NCBI GenBank assembly: GCA_036676565.1
Contig: JAKFCP010000011.1
Span: 83,775 to 107,774 of the forward strand
Direction of reading: 5' to 3'
From: Pedobacter sp.
GTDB taxonomy: Bacteria; Bacteroidota; Bacteroidia; Sphingobacteriales; Sphingobacteriaceae
DNA length: 24,000 nt
Shown here: positions 1 to 6,977 of the stretch, piece by piece
Layout of the letters: each line of letters starts with the position of its first letter
Position numbering within the stretch: the first letter of the stretch is position 1
Position numbers and translations under genes: made by a program
Notes under the pieces: model-generated
Database searches by the model: none
What the model was told of the DNA's origin: nothing
The model's input: the letters and a program-made list of their open reading frames with translations, nothing else

Positions 1-2150
1 CCCAATCACAAGTCGCAAACCGACCTGTTGTTCAAGCCAAATTATCCACGGTAGACCCAATTGTTGACGGTAAAATAATAGGAGATTCATTTTGGGAAAG
101 CATAGAACCCATTGGTGATTTAACACAAATCAAACCTAATGTCGGTGCTCCTGCAACCGAAAAGACAGTAATAAGGATTGCCTATACTGATAAAATGTTT
201 TATATATCAGCTATCTGTTACCATACTGATCCAAAGGCAATAGTAGTTTCTGACTCAAGAAGAGATGCTGATCTGACGGATGATGATAGTTTTCTGTTTA
301 TCCTCGATACCTATAATGATACTCAAAATGGCTTTTTGTTCGGAACCAATGCAGATGGAATGGAATACGATGCTCAAATTGACAATGAAGGTAAAGGCAG
401 CAATAATACTAATCGGCAGCAGGGAGGTGTAATCGGTGGTATAAACTTAAACTGGGATGCAGACTGGGATGTGAAGACTGATATCGGAGATTACGGCTGG
501 AGTGCAGAGTTTGCCATTCCATTGCGTTCATTGAGATTTACAGCAGGTGAAAACCAGGTTTGGGGTATCAATTTTGAAAGGAATATCAGCAAAACTACTG
601 AAACTGCTTACTGGGCAACAATTCCAATAGGTTTTGATCTGAAAAGATTGTCTCTGGCAGGTAAGCTGGATGGATTAAATCTTAAAAATCCAGGCAATTT
701 CAAAATATTTCCATATGTGCTTACTCAGGCAGTTAACAACAGATCAGTAGTGCCTGATAAAACTGATACCAATGTTGAGGCCGGAATGGATTTGAAATAT
801 AGTGTAACACCTAGTCTGACATTAGACTTAACCTATAACACTGATTTTGCCCAGGTAGAAGTAGATGATGAGCAGGTTAATCTGGATCGGTTCAACTTAT
901 TTTTTCCGGAAAAGAGACCATTTTTTCTTGAAAATGCAGGTCAGTTTACAGTTGGAAGTCCGGGTGAAGTTGATTTATTTTTTAGTCGTAAGATTGGTAT
1001 TAGCGAGAATGGTAATATTATACCGATCACAGGAGGAGGACGACTTTCAGGTAAAATTGGGCAAACCAATGTGGGATTATTAAGCATGTTCACAGATGAT
1101 GTTCAAAGTCTGGGAATTGATAAGAACAGCTATAATATGGCCCGGGTAAATCACGATTTCCCCAAACACAGGTCTTCCATTGGTGGGGCATTTATAAACA
1201 GAACTGGAATGGGAGATGGCAATGGTGATTACAATCATGTCATGGCGGTAGATGGGAAATGGGGTTTGGGTCAAAAAGCACAGATTACCGGCTTTCTAGC
1301 TAAAAGTGCAACTCCCGGAATTACAGATTCTGATCATTCATATAAACTTCAGTTCAGTTATAATTGGTTAAGATGGGAACTAAGAGCTGCTTACACTGAA
1401 TTAGGTGAAGGATTCAACCCGGAAGTAGGTTTTCTTCAAAGGAGTGCTTTCAGGAAACCTGAATTTTTTATCCAGCACAGGTGGAGGCCGGATAATTTAT
1501 TGAATCTAATGGAACTCAGGCCTCATATCTCCTTCAGACAATATTCCGACTTTAAAGGAAATTTAGTTACAAGTTACCTCCATATTGACAATCATTGGGT
1601 TTGGAAAAGCGGACTGGAAATACATACAGGAATAAATTATACCACAGAAGGGGTTGTTCAGGATTTTAATTTATCAGGGGTCTTAGTGCCAAAATCAACA
1701 TACAAGCATAATGAATTGCAAGTGGTTATGATTACAAATCAAAACAAAGCAGTTTCATTGAATGCACGAACTATTATAGGAGGATATTTTGGAGGAGATC
1801 GGATAGCCACAACGGCAACTGTAAAAGCGAGGGTTGGCGATAAACTGAATTCATCCTTCATTGTAAATCATAATATATTAAACCTGCCAAATGGGGAATT
1901 AAAAGCTATTGTACTTGGGAATCGTCTGGCTTACTCATTCAGCCCCCGCATGTTTGTTCAGAGTTTAGTTCAATATAACAACAGGTCAAGAATTACTTCT
2001 GTAAATGCAAGATTTGGCTGGCTTCAAAATGCAAATAATGGTTTGTTTGTCGTAGTCAATATCGTAAAAGATAAGGATTTGCTCGACCTGCTGGATACCC
2101 GGAGTCTGACTTTGAAATATACCCGCAGTTTTGATTTGTTGAGTTTATAA
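1..2150 (+). CDS. CBM9-like / DUF5916 family secreted protein, 5' end upstream of window
   Basis: Frame 3 is open from nt 3 (QSQVANRPVVQAKLSTVDPIVDGKIIGDSFWESIEPIGDL...). Met195 of the ORF track is therefore internal and the true start lies upstream of the window. The motifs IRIAYTDKMFYISAICY, DDSFLFILDTYNDTQNGFLFGTN, NWDADWDVKTD..GWSAEFAIPLRSLRF and WGINFERNI match my memory of the carbohydrate-binding-family-9-like N-domain plus DUF5916 beta-rich C-domain common in Bacteroidota. Stop is TAA at 2148-2150. Confidence 0.8.
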   Translation, partial: QSQVANRPVVQAKLSTVDPIVDGKIIGDSFWESIEPIGDLTQIKPNVGAPATEKTVIRIAYTDKMFYISAICYHTDPKAIVVSDSRRDADLTDDDSFLFILDTYNDTQNGFLFGTNADGMEYDAQIDNEGKGSNNTNRQQGGVIGGINLNWDADWDVKTDIGDYGWSAEFAIPLRSLRFTAGENQVWGINFERNISKTTETAYWATIPIGFDLKRLSLAGKLDGLNLKNPGNFKIFPYVLTQAVNNRSVVPDKTDTNVEAGMDLKYSVTPSLTLDLTYNTDFAQVEVDDEQVNLDRFNLFFPEKRPFFLENAGQFTVGSPGEVDLFFSRKIGISENGNIIPITGGGRLSGKIGQTNVGLLSMFTDDVQSLGIDKNSYNMARVNHDFPKHRSSIGGAFINRTGMGDGNGDYNHVMAVDGKWGLGQKAQITGFLAKSATPGITDSDHSYKLQFSYNWLRWELRAAYTELGEGFNPEVGFLQRSAFRKPEFFIQHRWRPDNLLNLMELRPHISFRQYSDFKGNLVTSYLHIDNHWVWKSGLEIHTGINYTTEGVVQDFNLSGVLVPKSTYKHNELQVVMITNQNKAVSLNARTIIGGYFGGDRIATTATVKARVGDKLNSSFIVNHNILNLPNGELKAIVLGNRLAYSFSPRMFVQSLVQYNNRSRITSVNARFGWLQNANNGLFVVVNIVKDKDLLDLLDTRSLTLKYTRSFDLLSL

Positions 2151-2436
2151 TTACTCCAGCGCAAGGGCAGGGTATTGCCGGGCTGCCATTCCCGATGAAA
2201 TACGACTCCAGGTAAAATAAACCTTGCCGAAGGAAGTATCTTCCGGCTATTCGTAATTTGAAATGGAACGCGAGTTCTTGCCGGAAATACTCCGGAGGAA
2301 AGGGCAGAACCAGCCTATAGCACACAGGTATTGGTTTCAGAAATCAAATCATTATGACTGCTGAGCCTTATGAGATCAATTATAACCGTTTTTTACCCTT
2401 ACTTATATCGAATTCAGATATAGCGGCTTATCAATT

Positions 2437-2551
2437 CTCCTTTAGATTTTTCTATTTCACTCTCGCAAAGACGCTAAGACGCAATTGGCGACAGATAATA
2501 AAAATCGGTTATTTAGATGAAACATTTCGCGTCTCTGCGTATTAGCGAGAG
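2437..2551. repeat. Family C repeat: CTCCTTTA..TTTCACTCTCGCAAAGACGCTAAGACGCAA plus inverted partner, forming a long hairpin
   Basis: 2437-2484 matches 23175-23223 at roughly 88% by eye. The arm CTCTCGCAAAGACGCTAAGACGC (2460-2482) pairs with GCGTCTCTGCGTATTAGCGAGAG (2529-2551) at 19 of 23 positions. It lies in a convergent intergenic region. Confidence 0.7.
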
Positions 2552-2676
2552 CCTTTTTAATATTTTCTTATAGCAAGATTTATAGGCGTCCAGTATCCCC
2601 CTCACGAGGAGGAATTAAAGAGGGAGGAATCCTTCAAAGAAGCCTCCAGGAGATCCTGAATTCGTCAGGCTCGTAA

Positions 2677-2694
2677 TCCTTAAATAATGACATT
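2677..2694. repeat. Solo copy of the terminal repeat of the 16243-16585 foldback element
   Basis: CCTTAAATAATGACATTG matches the reverse complement of the left end of the 16243-16585 element (ACTTAAATAATGACATTG) at 17 of 18 positions. Confidence 0.55.
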
Positions 2695-2756
2695 GTGCAC
2701 GCTTTTAGCCTATGCTTTGATTTCCTTTCGCGTGTCTCCCCAAACAGAGATTCCTC

Positions 2757-3599
2757 CTACCCAAACTCCGGACCAATAATCGCAAACTGATTCTCCGGCA
2801 CACCCTTAAAACGATTAGACCCCCGAAACATTCGAATAAAATTACGCTGCTCTGTAAAGCCAATCTCTTTCAGCCATGCAATCCAATCGGGCTCAAAATG
2901 CAAAACATCTATAATAACAGGAGAACCTGCACACTTATTCAAGGCTGCAATCAGCAGATCCTGGGCTATACTGTTATTTAGTGCTATTACCGGCCCGATA
3001 TGTATAAAATCATGGCCATACCTACCCATACAATATCCTTTAATTTCATTTTCCTCTTCAATCATAAAGGCAAATCCCGGTGCTGTTTCCCACATCCATT
3101 GCAGCAATGATGAACGATTTGCACCAAAGATTCTGCTGTCAAATTCAACCAAACGGGGAAGATCATCCTTAAGTATTGCTCTGGCTCTTGCAGGATGAAA
3201 TATCACCTCAGTAAGCATCCTGTTCATCCGGCTTAAGGGGTACTCATCAACAAAATTCAATTTCAGATAAACCTCCCGGCCTTGCGGTGTAGCATCGAGT
3301 TTCACAGTTTCTTCAGCCTGTAAAAGTTGCAAGGCTTCATGAAGTAATTGCTGTCCTATCCCCTTCCTGCGAAAATCAGGGTCAACCAATACCATGCCTA
3401 TCCAGCTAAATGCATGTCCATATCTGATAGTAGTAACCGTTCCCACAATTTGATCCTGAAAAGTGGCTACCATACAAGCTCCGGGACTATGCTGCAAAAA
3501 TATCTGCCAATCGGATTCTAATTGATTCCATTTGGCTTTACGGCAGAGCTTCAGGCCCTCCGGGATATCATCCGCATGCATTGTCCGATACTTAATCAT
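2757..3599 (-). CDS. GNAT family N-acetyltransferase with a second GNAT-like (YitH-type) C-terminal half
   Basis: ATG at 3599-3597, 280 aa. The N-terminal half carries the acetyl-CoA-loop-type motif VLVDPDFRRKGIGQQLL. It starts 20 nt downstream of the anti-sigma stop on the same strand, so it is probably the third gene of the sigma operon. Confidence 0.8.
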   Translation of the reverse strand: MIKYRTMHADDIPEGLKLCRKAKWNQLESDWQIFLQHSPGACMVATFQDQIVGTVTTIRYGHAFSWIGMVLVDPDFRRKGIGQQLLHEALQLLQAEETVKLDATPQGREVYLKLNFVDEYPLSRMNRMLTEVIFHPARARAILKDDLPRLVEFDSRIFGANRSSLLQWMWETAPGFAFMIEEENEIKGYCMGRYGHDFIHIGPVIALNNSIAQDLLIAALNKCAGSPVIIDVLHFEPDWIAWLKEIGFTEQRNFIRMFRGSNRFKGVPENQFAIIGPEFG

Positions 3600-3619
3600 T
3601 ACATCTCATTTAAAAAGGT

Positions 3620-3895
3620 TCACTTTCCATACAGCTCAGCTTCAATACGCTTTTCCAGACTTTGTTTAAAATTACTATCCAAATTTGGGAGATCAGCTTC
3701 CTTCTTAAAAAAATGACCTTTCACCATTCTGTTAATCAGCAAGCTTTGCTGTTGGAACAACTGGCAAACGGAGCAGCCGGCTAAATGCAATTTGAGCTCG
3801 AATTGCTCCTTTATTGAAATCGTCGTCAAACTCTTTTTTTCAATTAAGAAAGTTGCCCTGCGACAATTGTATGTAATTTTCTTTAGTGCATTCAT
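3620..3895 (-). CDS. Small soluble zinc-type (ZAS, HxxxCxxC) anti-sigma factor, RsrA-like ligand geometry
   Basis: The ORF-track start at 3916 is a TTG. The first ATG (3895-3893) overlaps the sigma stop TGA (3894-3892) as ATGA, which gives 91 aa. From that ATG the candidate Zn ligands are C11 (YNCRRA) and H37-x3-C41-x2-C44 (HLAGCSVC). There is no hydrophobic segment, so the protein is predicted to be cytoplasmic. It lies directly downstream of an ECF sigma. Confidence 0.75.
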   Translation of the reverse strand: MNALKKITYNCRRATFLIEKKSLTTISIKEQFELKLHLAGCSVCQLFQQQSLLINRMVKGHFFKKEADLPNLDSNFKQSLEKRIEAELYGK

Positions 3896-4491
3896 AACCA
3901 ATTTTTTTGAAGACAAGCCCTTAGGCTAAGCTTGGTTCTGTGAATAATTACCCAGAAATTCGCCTTACTCAGCCGAAGCTCATCAAGGATCACTTCTGTT
4001 TTTTCATCGTCCATATGTTTCATCGTAAATACTGATGCCCAAAGCTTTGGCAATTTCTTCATACAATCCTGCAAAATCCTGTTAAACTCTTTATCCCGGA
4101 GTGGGTCTGCCAGTTCTTCAAATGGCCTCGGAGCATACTCTTTTTTCCAGTGCCCGTTATCATTATAAAAGAAATCATCCTGACTGGCTTCCTCCTGTTT
4201 AAGATCCTTGATATTAGCCAATCCCGAAGATTCCTTACGGTACAGGTCAATAATCTTATACTTTAGAATTGCCGTCAGCCATGTACGTTCAGAACTTTTT
4301 CCTGCAAAACCTGACAATCCTTTTAATCCTGCCAAAAAAGTTTCCTGAACCAGATCCTTTGCCAAATCCTGATCATGAATACGCAAAATCGCATACCTGA
4401 AAAGATAATCGGCATATCGTTCAACCCATTTTTTAGGATCTAATATCGATAAATCCTCTAAGCCTGCTTCAAGACCCTTTTCAGTTGGCAT
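3892..4491 (-). CDS. ECF-type RNA polymerase sigma-70 family factor
   Basis: ATG at 4491, 199 aa. Region 2 is recognisable (DLVQETFLAGLKGLSGF...RTWLTAILKYKIIDLYRK), as is the region 4 helix-turn-helix (LPKLWASVFTMKHMDDEKTEVILDELRLSKANFWVIIHRTKLSLRACL). It is translationally coupled to the anti-sigma gene. Confidence 0.9.
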   Translation of the reverse strand: MPTEKGLEAGLEDLSILDPKKWVERYADYLFRYAILRIHDQDLAKDLVQETFLAGLKGLSGFAGKSSERTWLTAILKYKIIDLYRKESSGLANIKDLKQEEASQDDFFYNDNGHWKKEYAPRPFEELADPLRDKEFNRILQDCMKKLPKLWASVFTMKHMDDEKTEVILDELRLSKANFWVIIHRTKLSLRACLQKNWL

Positions 4492-4530
4492 CGCTTGAAC
4501 TGAACTTACACAAACATATCATACTGATCA

Positions 4531-4560
4531 TTTGTCGGAAATATTATAAAACCCTTACAA
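4531..4560 (-). promoter_or_regulatory. Candidate ECF-sigma-dependent promoter of the sigma/anti-sigma/GNAT operon (TTGTAAGG-N14-CCGACAAA)
   Basis: The minus strand reads TTGTAAGG gttttataatattt CCGACAAA. The -10-like box ends 39 nt upstream of the sigma ATG. Both 8-mers and the 14-nt spacing are identical to those at 4626-4655 on the other strand, while the spacers are unrelated. Confidence 0.5.
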
Positions 4561-4625
4561 GATATTTAAAATAATCATTTCAGCATTTTGAGCTATCCCG
4601 CACAATGAAAAAAAATAAAAAATAA

Positions 4626-4655
4626 TTGTAAGGCTTTGGCAAAAGACCCGACAAA
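4626..4655 (+). promoter_or_regulatory. Candidate ECF-sigma-dependent promoter of the DM13-YHS-YHS-DoxX-DinB-NRDE::ATP-grasp operon (TTGTAAGG-N14-CCGACAAA)
   Basis: The plus strand reads TTGTAAGG ctttggcaaaagac CCGACAAA and ends 15 nt upstream of the ATG at 4671. It is the mirror copy of the motif at 4531-4560. Read as GTAA-N17-CGAC, it resembles the generic ECF GAAC-N16/17-CGTC layout. Confidence 0.5.
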
Positions 4656-4670
4656 ATCCACATAAACAAA

Positions 4671-5093
4671 ATGAAGATGAAAACTAATCTGATTTTCTTA
4701 GTACTATTTGTTCTGGCTGCCTGCAAAAAAGAAAATACTCCAAAACTCATTCTGGACGAAAAAGCAGACCAGACAATGGCAGTGGAAAAAGCTGCAGGAA
4801 CTTTCTCTAATGGCCCATATGGTAAGGTCTCTGGTACTGCAAAGATCTATACTACTGAATCCGGAACACAGCTGGCATTAGAAAATTTCTCATCCAGCAA
4901 TGGTCCTGACCTGAAGGTATACCTCAGTAAGGAAAAAGATCCTGTCAGCTTTATCAGTCTGGGCGACCTGAAGGCTACAGGTGGGAACCAGCTCTACAAG
5001 ATACCCGATCAGATAAAAACCAGCAATTATAAATATGCACTGATTTACTGCAAACGATACAGCCACCTCTTCGGCTTTGCTGAAATTAATTAA
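4671..5093 (+). CDS. DM13 domain-containing lipoprotein
   Basis: 140 aa with a lipobox (LVLFVLAAC). GTFSNGPYGKVSGTAKIYTTESGTQLALENFSSSNGPDLKVYLSKE matches the DM13 (predicted electron-transfer) domain pattern as I remember it. Confidence 0.75.
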   Translation: MKMKTNLIFLVLFVLAACKKENTPKLILDEKADQTMAVEKAAGTFSNGPYGKVSGTAKIYTTESGTQLALENFSSSNGPDLKVYLSKEKDPVSFISLGDLKATGGNQLYKIPDQIKTSNYKYALIYCKRYSHLFGFAEIN

Positions 5094-5123
5094 TAGTTAA
5101 ACCCTAAAAACAAAATAAATCGA

Positions 5124-5582
5124 ATGAAAACCTTAGTCCCCATCTTTCTTATTTTCCTGTTCCTTAACACTGCCGCAGCGCAAAATGCCTATAGAGTAAA
5201 GAATTACAATATCGATAAAAGCAGCCTGGCAATTGAAGGCTATGACCCGGTAGCCTACTTTGTCTCCAAAAAAGGTATTGAGGGCAAAAAGGATATCAGT
5301 CTCAGCAGGGAAGGTATTACCTATCATTTTTCATCAGCACAGAATCGTGATCTATTTAAATCAAATCCATCAAAATATGAGCCCCAGTTTGGGGGCTGGT
5401 GCGCTTATGCGATGGGTGAAAATGGCGAAAAAGTATCTGTAGATCCTCAAACCTTTAAAATACTGGATGGTAAACTCTATCTGTTTTACAACAAGTTCTT
5501 TAACAACACCCTGAAAGAATGGAACAAAAATGAAAATGCACTTAAGCAAAAAGCCGAGCAGAACTGGACAAAATTCAAATAA
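5124..5582 (+). CDS. YHS domain-containing protein (Cys form of the YHS (seleno)protein family), secreted
   Basis: 152 aa with a signal peptide ending AAAQ. Family motifs are present: GYDPVAYF, YHFSSAQNRDLFKSNPSKYEPQFGGWCAYAMG and DGKLYLFYN. Confidence 0.8.
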   Translation: MKTLVPIFLIFLFLNTAAAQNAYRVKNYNIDKSSLAIEGYDPVAYFVSKKGIEGKKDISLSREGITYHFSSAQNRDLFKSNPSKYEPQFGGWCAYAMGENGEKVSVDPQTFKILDGKLYLFYNKFFNNTLKEWNKNENALKQKAEQNWTKFK

Positions 5583-5603
5583 ACAATTTAAAACATAAAA
5601 AAC

Positions 5604-6047
5604 ATGAAAAGAATAATGAAAATCGTCGCTATACTACTTTTAATCACATCTGTAGCAAAAGCCCAAAAATCTGAAATCTTTATTAGTGGCGGAAAAGCCA
5701 TTAAGGGTTATGACCCGGTGGCCTTTTTTAAAGAATCCAAGCCTGTAAAAGGATCAGAAAACATCTCGTTCCAGTACAAAGACGCAACCTGGCTTTTCTC
5801 TTCGCCTGAAAATCTTGAAAGTTTTAAGAAATCACCAGAAAAATATGCTCCCCAGTATGGTGGCTATTGTGCTTACGGGACCGCAGGAGGACATAAAGCA
5901 CCAACACAAACAGAAACCTGGGCAGTAGTTGATGGGAAACTTTATTTTAACTACAACACAAAGGTTAAAGAAAGTTGGGAAAAGCAACAGTCTGCACTAA
6001 TTGAAAAAGCTAATGCCCAGTGGCCATTAATAAAAGACAAACCATAA
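5604..6047 (+). CDS. YHS domain-containing protein, paralogue of 5124-5582
   Basis: 147 aa with a signal peptide ending AKAQ. It has the same motif set: GYDPVAFF, WLFSSPENLESFKKSPEKYAPQYGGYCAYGTAGG and DGKLYFNYN. It starts 21 nt after the previous gene. Confidence 0.8.
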   Translation: MKRIMKIVAILLLITSVAKAQKSEIFISGGKAIKGYDPVAFFKESKPVKGSENISFQYKDATWLFSSPENLESFKKSPEKYAPQYGGYCAYGTAGGHKAPTQTETWAVVDGKLYFNYNTKVKESWEKQQSALIEKANAQWPLIKDKP

Positions 6048-6072
6048 GATCCATAATTAATCAGGTTAAAAA

Positions 6073-6465
6073 ATGACAACAAAACATAAAAATATTGGAC
6101 TTGGCTTAGTAAAACTAATCGCGGCAATTATCCTTTTGCAAACACTCTTTTTCAAGTTTTCAGCTGCACCTGTCTCCGTTTATATTTTCAGCGAGCTGGG
6201 TATGGAACCCTGGGGACGGATCGGGACAGGTATACTGGAGCTGATTGCTTCCATATTGATCCTTATACCCCGAACGACCTTTTATGGAGCCTTGCTTGGA
6301 CTCGGCCTTATGAGCGGGGCAATATTTTTTCACCTGACTAAACTGGGAATTGAGGTTCAAAAAGATTCCGGAAAACTGTTCATCATGGCATTAATCGTCT
6401 TTGCTGCCTGCATATTTCTGATTAGCTTAGAGTGGAAGCAGTTATTCAGGTTCATCAAAAAGTAA
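6073..6465 (+). CDS. DoxX family integral membrane protein
   Basis: 130 aa with about four hydrophobic helices. Size and pattern (LLQTLFFKFSAAP...GTGILELIASILILIPRT...GLGLMSGAIFFHL) are typical of DoxX. Confidence 0.7.
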   Translation: MTTKHKNIGLGLVKLIAAIILLQTLFFKFSAAPVSVYIFSELGMEPWGRIGTGILELIASILILIPRTTFYGALLGLGLMSGAIFFHLTKLGIEVQKDSGKLFIMALIVFAACIFLISLEWKQLFRFIKK

Positions 6466-6470
6466 CAACT

Positions 6471-6977
6471 ATGGTAAATCCGCTCGAACATTCCATCAGC
6501 CACTTGCTTACACAGCTTGAAAATGTAGTTTCCGAATTATCAGACCAGCAATTTATTACACCGATACCTTTGCTTGGCCATTCTACAATAGGTCAGCATA
6601 TCAGGCATATTCTGGAGTTCTATATCGAATTAAATAATGGATATCGCAGTGGTTTAATAGATTATAACGGGCGTAAAAGAGATCAGAATCTACAGACAAT
6701 AAGAGAATCGGCAATTACTAAAATTCAGCAAATCAGGAACATAATTATGCTGGAAAACAAAGAGCTGATTGTCACGGTTGATTTTGACTCCGATAAAGAA
6801 ATCATTCCTCACGTGCCCAGCAATTATTTCAGGGAGTTAATGTACAATCTTGAACATACAATACATCACATGGCATTAATAAGGGTTGGAATTTCATTGA
6901 TCACTTCAATCCAGTTGCCTGAAGATTTTGGTTTTGCCCCATCTACTATCAAGTATAAAAAAGCATGTGCACAGTAA
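6471..6977 (+). CDS. DinB-like (DinB/YfiT four-helix-bundle) family protein
   Basis: The ORF track starts at a GTG (6432) that overlaps the DoxX gene. The first ATG is at 6471, 5 nt after the DoxX stop, giving 168 aa. His-rich motifs GQHIRHILEFY and LEHTIHHMALIR fit the DinB metal-binding His triad. Confidence 0.65.
   Translation: MVNPLEHSISHLLTQLENVVSELSDQQFITPIPLLGHSTIGQHIRHILEFYIELNNGYRSGLIDYNGRKRDQNLQTIRESAITKIQQIRNIIMLENKELIVTVDFDSDKEIIPHVPSNYFRELMYNLEHTIHHMALIRVGISLITSIQLPEDFGFAPSTIKYKKACAQ

Noticed and set aside
2056-2325. 89-aa minus-strand ORF
   Set aside because: It overlaps the 3' end of the strongly supported plus-strand gene and runs through hairpin-rich non-coding sequence. 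Its composition is not protein-like.
2151-2340. Riboswitch or housekeeping RNA (cobalamin, glycine, SRP, RNase P, tmRNA, 6S)
   Set aside because: I found no B12 box (GCCACTG), no GGAGAG...CACCGAAGG glycine core, no GGUCCGGAAGGAAGCAGC SRP motif and no tmRNA or RNase P signatures. The region also lies between two convergent gene ends, where a cis-regulatory leader makes no sense. It is kept only as an unexplained region.
2354-2545. 63-aa ORF
   Set aside because: It spans the family C repeat and its inverted partner (the LAKTLRR peptide is the repeat). It lies in a convergent intergenic region and there is no supporting signal.
3896-3916. Upstream TTG start for the anti-sigma gene as given in the ORF track
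   Set aside because: The first codon at 3916 is TTG. The ATG at 3895 forms an ATGA overlap with the sigma stop and gives the RsrA-like ligand numbering. The TTG start is not excluded but is less likely.
6432-6470. Upstream GTG start for the DinB-like gene as given in the ORF track
   Set aside because: It would overlap the DoxX gene by 34 nt and would add residues read from the DoxX C-terminal coding region. The ATG at 6471 lies 5 nt after the DoxX stop.
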